Origin: Pelomyxa schiedti
Lineage: Eukaryota > Protista > Evosea
DNA length: 64,000 nt
Assembly: GCA_020536535.1 (NCBI GenBank)
Contig: JAHLWZ010000346.1
Location: 17,872 to 81,871 of the forward strand
Direction of reading: 5' to 3'
Part shown: positions 59,041 to 64,000 of the stretch, piece after piece
How positions within the stretch are numbered: the first letter of the stretch is position 1
Layout: each line of letters begins with the position of its first letter
The notes under the pieces: generated by a model
Told to the model about the DNA's origin: nothing
Databases searched by the model: none
What the model saw: the letters and a program-made list of their open reading frames with translations, nothing else
Translations under genes and position numbers: made by a program

Positions 59041-60771
59041 TTAATGTTTGGGTGGTGCGGTACCAGGCTCGGGCTCGGCGCATGCCTGCGCATCCCGTAA
59101 TTTCTTCTCTGTCTCGGCGAGGTACTTGCGGTACTCGACGGGGTGGTCCGCGGCCCACTTTCGGCACGCATATCGGCTGTGTATTGGTTTGGCGTCGCAC
59201 ATGCGGCATGGTTTGGGGCACGCTGCCCAATAGTGGCCAGGCTCGTCGCAGTTGGCGCATATGCGGCCGCGAGTCTGGTTCGTAGCCCTTGGGAATCGGC
59301 CTGGTGTACCCCATTGTGTCCTAGGGGTTCTCCATTGTTGTGTTGATTCCGTCCTCCATGGTGTTGTGTATCCTCTGTTGTGTTCGGTATTGTAACCGCT
59401 GTTGTAGCCGGTATTGCTATTATATCTGCCGTTGTAGCCAGTGTTGTACCTTGAGTTATTGCCGGCATCGTCGCTGGTGTTGGTGCCGGTGGTGTTGGCG
59501 GTATTGTAGCCGCCGTCGGTGCTGTAGTTGTGAGTTTGGGTGTACGTTCCCTCTGGGATGGTCGCACGTGTTGCCGGCATATCAGGTTGATGTTGCGCGG
59601 ATAGGCTTGCTTGGCTGGGGCGTTCCTTAAGTGCCCCCTCCACAGCCATGGTGATTGCCTTGGTGATGGCGTCAGGGAGCTCTTCATTGTAGCGCGGTTT
59701 CTTGCTGTCTGGCTCTTCCGCTTCTTCTTCGGAGTAATTTCCGGTGATGCAAGCTGTAGCCTCCCTGCTAGTGCGGCTTGGTGCCGCCTTGCTCTTGGAA
59801 AGTTCTCGGTTTGCTTGCTCATACATTGTACTTTTCTCAATTAGCTTGTCAATTGTGCGTATGTTTTTTGGCAGTAAGTACGTAGCTAACCCAGAGTGCA
59901 GCTTGCTCCTGATCTTCCTGACCAGCTTCTCATCAGTGATGTCTGGCTTTACCCTATACCACTTTGCTTGCTGCTTGCGTATGAAAGTACTGGCTGATTC
60001 CCCTTGGCGTTGTGCCCTGTCTTGGATCTTAGCCTTGTATTCCAAGAGCTTGCATTCTGGCACGAAATGATCTCTCAGGCCCCTTGCTATCCTCTCAAAG
60101 CCGACTGCTCTGTCCACTTTGGCGAGCCAGAACCTCCCTGCTCCTTTGGTGGCTCTCAGCAGTTGTTCGATGGCCTTCTTGTCATCCCACTCCTTCTCCT
60201 TCTTGGTGTCCCGGAAAGCATATAGCCATTTCAACAGCTTCCCTGTCGGGAGTAGTGCAGGGTCCACCTGAGTAATAGACGTACTTTCGATTGTGGGGTG
60301 CAAGGCTTCAGCCAGACCTCGGGTTATGCTTTCCATAATAGTAGTTAGACTGGGGTTAGTAGTGCTGGCGTTGCCGAGCTGATAGGGTGTCATTGGTTCG
60401 GTATGTTGTCTTGGACTAGGAGTTTGGGTTATTGGGGTTAGTTCAGTATTATTAGCTGGGTCGCCAGACTCTGGGAAAAGCTCTTGGGCGCATGTATCAG
60501 CCTCCTCTCCACTGTAGAAGCTGTCTGGACCTGCACCGGAGTTTGTTGTGGTGTCAGCTCCCTCCCCATAGCCCTCTTGTGCTCCGCCATGTCCCAGGTT
60601 GGGGCTGAGCGCCGCTGTTCCCTCCTCTTTGCTGGTCTGTGCTCTGTGACTAGTGCCCCCCTGTGGTTCTTGTAGCATCTCCGCTTGGTGCAGCCGGTGC
60701 GTAATTGGTGTGTGAAGTGGTGAGAGTGACATGCGTCGTTTCCTCCTGGGTGTCTGCTTCCTTGCGCTCAT
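59041..60771 (-). CDS. gag: Gag of the Ty3/gypsy element
   Basis: Open frame with capsid-like region (W..K.AI..L....G....W; QRQGESASTF) and CCHC knuckle. First ATG downstream of the PBS is at 60771; the ORF-track ATG at 60825 lies inside the LTR. Confidence 0.85.
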   Translation of the reverse strand: MSARKQTPRRKRRMSLSPLHTPITHRLHQAEMLQEPQGGTSHRAQTSKEEGTAALSPNLGHGGAQEGYGEGADTTTNSGAGPDSFYSGEEADTCAQELFPESGDPANNTELTPITQTPSPRQHTEPMTPYQLGNASTTNPSLTTIMESITRGLAEALHPTIESTSITQVDPALLPTGKLLKWLYAFRDTKKEKEWDDKKAIEQLLRATKGAGRFWLAKVDRAVGFERIARGLRDHFVPECKLLEYKAKIQDRAQRQGESASTFIRKQQAKWYRVKPDITDEKLVRKIRSKLHSGLATYLLPKNIRTIDKLIEKSTMYEQANRELSKSKAAPSRTSREATACITGNYSEEEAEEPDSKKPRYNEELPDAITKAITMAVEGALKERPSQASLSAQHQPDMPATRATIPEGTYTQTHNYSTDGGYNTANTTGTNTSDDAGNNSRYNTGYNGRYNSNTGYNSGYNTEHNRGYTTPWRTESTQQWRTPRTQWGTPGRFPRATNQTRGRICANCDEPGHYWAACPKPCRMCDAKPIHSRYACRKWAADHPVEYRKYLAETEKKLRDAQACAEPEPGTAPPKH

Positions 60772-60799
60772 TCTTAGTCTTGCAGGGGAAAGACAAAGA

Positions 60800-60814
60800 C
60801 CGAGACCTCCACCA
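60800..60814 (-). promoter_or_regulatory. Primer-binding site, tRNA-Ala-like
   Basis: Minus strand TGGTGGAGGTCTCGG directly abuts the LTR-terminal CA. TGGTGGAG is complementary to the ...CUCCACCA end of tRNA-Ala. Confidence 0.7.
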
Positions 60815-61095
60815 TGTGTTGACATCGGGTATCGGCGATAAGGGATAAGATAATAGATGCGATTTTATTATTTTGATCGTGGTAAAGAATGAATGTTGTG
60901 TGTGTTGCTCGCGCTTATAAGCCTGCACATGGAAGGTGTAATTCAGAGTGGAAGGTTCAAGTCACGCTTCTCCAGGTGCGTGTATATGCAAATCGGCTGA
61001 GGTGCAATCGGTGGATGTCTGGTGAACTTCTCAATGTGGGAGGGAGTAGGCTTTCCTACTTAGGGGTTAGTCCGACTGTGGGCAGTGCCCACACA
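60815..61095 (-). repeat. 5' LTR (281 bp) of the gypsy element
   Basis: Bounded by TGTGT...ACACA inverted termini and immediately followed on the minus strand by a TGG-initiated PBS. Beyond the other end the sequence switches abruptly to transposon copy 2. Confidence 0.8.
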
Positions 61096-63222
61096 GGTGG
61101 GGTCAGCTTGGGCCTTTGACCCCTTGTGGCAATGCGTGGTACAACTTCTTCTAGGAACTCAGTGAACCAGTACACAGAGAAATGGAAAATATTGTAGACA
61201 TGCTGTATTCAATTAGTGAAGTAGAATAGTGGCTGTGGAGATACCATTGGGTAATTCCGAAAGTCAGCCCATAGGCCTGTTTCTGGTTCTACATATCTTG
61301 GCACTGATGGTTCAGAGGAGCTCAAATATTCCAAGTTGTGTTGGTAGCTAATAAAAAAGGTTAAAGCTTGCCAAATGAGATAAAACTCACTTGTACAGCA
61401 TCGTTTCTAATGCCAAGGGGCACAAGTCATGTTCGGGGTCCAATGGAATCTGGAAGTCCCCACAGCCATCTTTAAAATGTTAGGGTACAACTTGGGAGAA
61501 TAATTAAGACCTGGAGTGGCAATAGGCGCTGATAATGTTGCTGTTGGTGGACCTCCAGGAAAGTCACCTAGACCCCCTGGCCGTTGCTCAGGAATCCCAG
61601 CTGAACAGGGAATTCCAATTGCTGGCTCAACTGATATTGGTCATTGGGAACTGCTTCCCTGAGCCCGTCCCCGTGCTTGAGTGCTGCACCCACGGCCAGT
61701 TCCCCGTCCACGCCCACGCCCACGGCCGTGGCCACGACCACGGCCCTGGCTCTGGCTCACACTCTCTTGCTGAGACTGCAGGTCCTGTTGTGGTTGCTGT
61801 TGCAACTGCTGGGCAGGTGGCATTGATTGCTGCAGTGCTTGTAACAAGGGCAGTAGTTGTGAATATGGCAGTTGTAATAGTGGAGAGAGGTTTTGGCCCA
61901 GCTGCAGCTGTGGCTGGGAGCCTTGAGGCACTTGTAAGGAGGGTCGCAACAGTGTGGGAGCTGGTATCTGTTGTTGTGGTAATAGTGGAGGTGGAAGCTG
62001 TTGTAATGGTGGAGGTGGTAACTGTTGCTGCAATGGTGGAAGTGGCAATTGTTGCTGCAATGGTGGAGGTGGCAATTGTCGTTGTGGTGATGGTGGAGGT
62101 GGCAACCGGGATTGTTGCAAGGACTGCTGGTATTGTGGTTCAAACTGAAGTGGCAAAGGCCACTGGTCATCAAGTAATGCATCAAAGTTGAAGGGAGCAT
62201 CAAATTGAAAACCTGACATGTGGTTCATCTTCATAAACAGCATAAGGTTAGTGGAGAAGAAAACAGTTTATGGTGGTGAATGAAAACAACAAAAAAAGAT
62301 GTAAACGATACAAAGCGATGTGCAGCTATTACCCTGAGTATGTGGTGAATGCACGTGGTGTTGATAGCACCTGGGTTTCTTTTTTTTCTTTAAAAAAGAG
62401 AAATTCCTGCAACTGCACATCACAGTGCTGACGTTCTTCACGGACTCTCCCTCAGTGAACACCGCCATCACTGGTGTACATCACGGCAAAGCAGCAACAC
62501 CCCGAGCCAGGTCTCCCTCCCAATCAAACAGCCGAAAACCAACCCCCGTTTTTGATTAGAGATTCGTCGAAGTAGTAAAAAAAAATCGATTGATGCCGCG
62601 GGTTTTTGCTCCGATTCAATTCGATTCTTTTGATCTAACCAAAACTCCGATTGTTGCTCCGATTCTTTTGATCTAAACGGGAAAACACGAAAAAAAAGGT
62701 GGCTGTGCTGCTTAGGGCGAGAGAATGGACATAAAGAGGCCCAAGAGTGGTTGCGACACAGAGTTAAGTCCTAGGAGTGCGTTAGCAGGAACGAAGAAAA
62801 CAGATGACACTACCGTCTTTCTGATTGTAGCTTGCCTTTGTTTGGGGCTGGGGGGGGAACAACTAAAAAGCTGCAGCTCCTGTGGAGCCAAAGGGACCTA
62901 CTATGTGGCTCCTGTGGAGCCACATAGCAGGCCATGATGACTGCATGTCGTCGGGTACCACAAAGTAAAAGCCACAAAATAGAAGCCACAAAGTGTTGCT
63001 TAGTCGAACAGTGAAGTCGCTGGGGCCCGACAATACCGGGCGGTACCAGTACAAAAGTTTTTCTTTTCTTGTGCCTTTTTTTTTTTTCGCTTAAAAGGGC
63101 AAACCAAAAAATAAGATTTGAACCTGCGCCAGGTGGGGGAAAAGCGCTTTTCCCCCATTTGGAGCACTTTTCACCCCCCCCAAAGCTGCTTTTACCCCCA
63201 AACAGCGATTTAGGCTCAATGT
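61096..63222 (-). mobile_element. Harbinger-like transposon copy 2 (5' part only, cut by the LTR element)
   Basis: Aligns by eye with 52914-54613, with scattered substitutions and indels and an extra ~320 bp at ~62860-63175. In-frame TGA at 61641. Confidence 0.85.
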
Positions 63223-63277
63223 TTTTTTTGTGTTGGACGGTTCAGAATCTTGGTGTTGTACCTGGCTTCTTTACTAT

Positions 63278-64000
63278 CTATCGTTGTTCCTCCTCTTCGT
63301 CATCATCCTCTGTGGTGACACTCCAGAGTGTTACATCCTCTTCAGCAGGATCCTTCTCGTCTGGTTCTTCTTTTTCACAGTCAGTGGTGATGGATTGTTC
63401 TTCGTTAGCCAATTCTTCATAAGCCTCTGATTCTACTTTTGGCGACCGGGAAGGTGTGTTGGTCCGGGGCTTCTTGTGTTTGGGTGGTTCCGGCTTCTCA
63501 TGCTTTTTTGACACAACTTGGGGTCTGATTTGTCCCACTTGCAGGATGAGAACCACTTTGGAGCAGACCTTGGGGCTGCAAAGTTGTGTGACTATTGGTT
63601 TTCCTAGCTCAGACTGGATGAGGAAGATGGAGATATGTTCATTTGAGTAGTTATCTGTGGGCAGAGACGGATACGAGTCCTGGGTTTTCTGACAAAATAT
63701 GAGCCCAAGTGTCCACTCTTGTGTGGGCTTCTGGAGCTTGCCGAGCACCTCTTTAATATCACCATTTTTGAGTGGCTCCGCACAGTCCTTGCTTTCCGCG
63801 ATTACACAGCCTCCTTTCAGGCCAATCTCATCCATATTGCCTGTCATGACAAAATCGCCTACACATACACCAGGTACCGTCTTGAGGCACTCAAGCCCTC
63901 CTGTGAAGGAATCTCCCTGGCCAGAGAGAAATGGTACTATCTGATTGTCAAATAAGGCCTGAGTGGATTCATTGTAGAGCTGTTGCCATATTGTGCAACA
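63278..64000 (-). CDS. 3' part of a Crinkler (CRN)-like REase-fold protein with acidic tail
   Basis: Frame open to the window end: IVPFLSG...PGVCVGDFVMTGNMDEIG....VIAESKD....L....I...L.K.....LGLIFC...Q.SY. Resembles CRN C-terminal PD-(D/E)xK domains as recalled; not searched. Confidence 0.5.
   Translation of the reverse strand, partial: CCTIWQQLYNESTQALFDNQIVPFLSGQGDSFTGGLECLKTVPGVCVGDFVMTGNMDEIGLKGGCVIAESKDCAEPLKNGDIKEVLGKLQKPTQEWTLGLIFCQKTQDSYPSLPTDNYSNEHISIFLIQSELGKPIVTQLCSPKVCSKVVLILQVGQIRPQVVSKKHEKPEPPKHKKPRTNTPSRSPKVESEAYEELANEEQSITTDCEKEEPDEKDPAEEDVTLWSVTTEDDDEEEEQR

Larger units (their letters stand above)
57266..61095 (-). mobile_element. Ty3/gypsy LTR retrotransposon (5' LTR, PBS, gag, protease, RT; truncated by the gap)
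   Basis: Intact gag ORF with CANCDEPGHYWAAC knuckle; protease ALDSCA; RT KKDGSMRLCTNYRALN, FSTLDMMSGFWQV, MQFGMANASQTFQ. One frameshift at ~58255. Confidence 0.93.

Overview
Eukaryotic, gene-dense protist DNA with many short (mostly ~40-100 nt) spliceosomal introns. It is not prokaryotic, and I found no rRNA, tRNA or CRISPR array. An Entamoeba-type transmembrane kinase, an Fe/Mn-SOD remnant and a distal-appendage-like coiled-coil gene fit an anaerobic flagellated amoebozoan such as an archamoeba (inference). Host genes in order: a partial FAM193-C-like gene, a tandem-BRCT protein, an intron-laden bacterial-type class III fructose-1,6-bisphosphatase, an F-box/VPS9 protein, a ~2,150-aa almost intronless pentapeptide-repeat/tankyrase-like PARP/TPR/pseudokinase/LRR/HEAT protein, a DSP pseudophosphatase, RLP24, a formin, an SCLT1/CEP89-like protein, a DUF4062-NTPase-TPR protein, an intronless PTP-like phytase, a transmembrane TKL kinase, a C1-domain/LpxH-like metallophosphoesterase and a Crinkler-like REase fragment. 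Mobile or decayed DNA: an Fe/Mn-SOD pseudogene, a decayed chromodomain-bearing Ty3/gypsy element, two copies of a Harbinger-like DDE transposon (one with a 55-bp fold-back inversion) and a second Ty3/gypsy element whose gag stop codon may be removed by an intron. The best candidate for an undescribed system is the giant ADP-ribosyltransferase protein. All gene models were spliced by eye, domain calls rest on recalled motifs rather than searches, and gene ends are approximate where stated.
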